The notes under the pieces are model-generated. The model ran no database searches, was not told where the DNA came from, and worked only from the letters and a program-made list of their open reading frames with translations. A program made the position numbers and the translations under genes. From contig JAPLMG010000099.1 of assembly GCA_026387165.1 (NCBI GenBank), positions 1-33,644 of the forward strand: 33,644 nt of DNA, written 5' to 3'. The first letter of the stretch is position 1, and each line of letters begins with the position of its first letter. The DNA comes from Candidatus Omnitrophota bacterium. Its GTDB lineage: Bacteria > Omnitrophota > Gorgyraeia > 2-01-FULL-45-10. Positions 33,084-33,644 of the stretch are shown piece after piece.

Positions 33084-33644
33084 TTACGCCGCCGCTAACG
33101 CGGTTCTCCTGGCGTAGTAGTTCCTGTTTAATTCTCCGTAGTCCTTAGGCTCCGCCTTAGGTATCAGCATGATAAACCTTAACGCTTTGTCATAAGAATC
33201 TAATTTTACCATCGGTATATTCGGCGGATCTTTTCCGGCGGCTATATCCAATGCCACGGATAACATCTCGAGTATCTTTACATCGAGATGTATTGACGGG
33301 TCTTTATTATCCTTAATGAAGGCTTCCAGTTCAGCGGGGTCTATTGCCGCGATAAAAGCCTTCGCTTCCGTAGGCGTGCTCCTTAACGAGTCGAAGCTTG
33401 ACGATGCAACGGTTCCTTTGGACGCCAGGATGACTACATTCGAGAGCTTCGTATTGGCCTTATCGGCTTCCTTCAATACGGAAGCCGCTATCTCTTTTGA
33501 GTTGGATCTTACAAATACCACGTTATCAAGGCCCATCGAGCGGAGGATATCCGGGATAGATTCGATCTGCTGTATGACCGGGTTCATCGCCTGATGCTGG
33601 AGGCTGCCTGTTTCGTTGTAGCCCGGTATCCAGTCTGTCTCGAG
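33084..33644 (-). CDS. 3' end of another member of the same protein family (partial; runs off the window)
   Basis: The frame is open to the window edge (LETDWIPGYNETGSLQHQAMNP..). It ends with the family signature FIMLIPKAEPKDYGELNRNYYARRTALAAA and a TAA stop. Confidence 0.85.
   Translation of the reverse strand, partial: LETDWIPGYNETGSLQHQAMNPVIQQIESIPDILRSMGLDNVVFVRSNSKEIAASVLKEADKANTKLSNVVILASKGTVASSSFDSLRSTPTEAKAFIAAIDPAELEAFIKDNKDPSIHLDVKILEMLSVALDIAAGKDPPNIPMVKLDSYDKALRFIMLIPKAEPKDYGELNRNYYARRTALAAA

Noticed and set aside
33084-33587. Stand-alone 167-aa protein
   Set aside because: The frame stays open to the window edge and the sequence matches only the family C-terminal domain, so it is the tail of a longer gene.
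403-33594. Numerous plus-strand ORFs of 60-270 aa (e.g. 3642..4316, 12607..13416)
   Set aside because: All lie antisense to long minus-strand genes with recognisable domains and show no motifs of their own. They are typical shadow ORFs.

Overview
This window is a tandem, all minus-strand array of related giant multidomain genes. In transcription order they are: a gene truncated by the window edge (33084..>33644); a 4969-aa gene; a ~2570-aa gene split into three ORFs by one in-frame TAG and one frameshift; a 2175-aa gene; and a 1172-aa gene. The four complete genes start with a Sec-type signal peptide and carry an N-terminal LA(P/A/T) motif. All five end in a shared C-terminal signature. The central parts are strings of normally cytoplasmic enzyme domains: RmlD, kinase-like, HD, uridine-kinase-like, UDP-sugar pyrophosphorylase, DHQ synthase-like, HAD, histidine phosphatase, PanB, YvcK/CofD, PGI, PFK and ROK kinase. 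Two of the genes have an N-terminal domain whose motif order resembles TIKI/TraB/ChaN-type metallo-hydrolases. Only these two genes carry canonical copies of a peptide linker, GEKxYPA, which sits at domain boundaries and is conserved at the protein level despite synonymous DNA variation. Main hypothesis (inference): these are exported polyproteins, cut at GEKxYPA into separate metabolic effectors, possibly by their own N-terminal domain. The architecture resembles giant proteins of Candidatus Omnitrophota; taxonomy is inferred, not shown. All domain calls come from motifs read by eye; no database searches were run.
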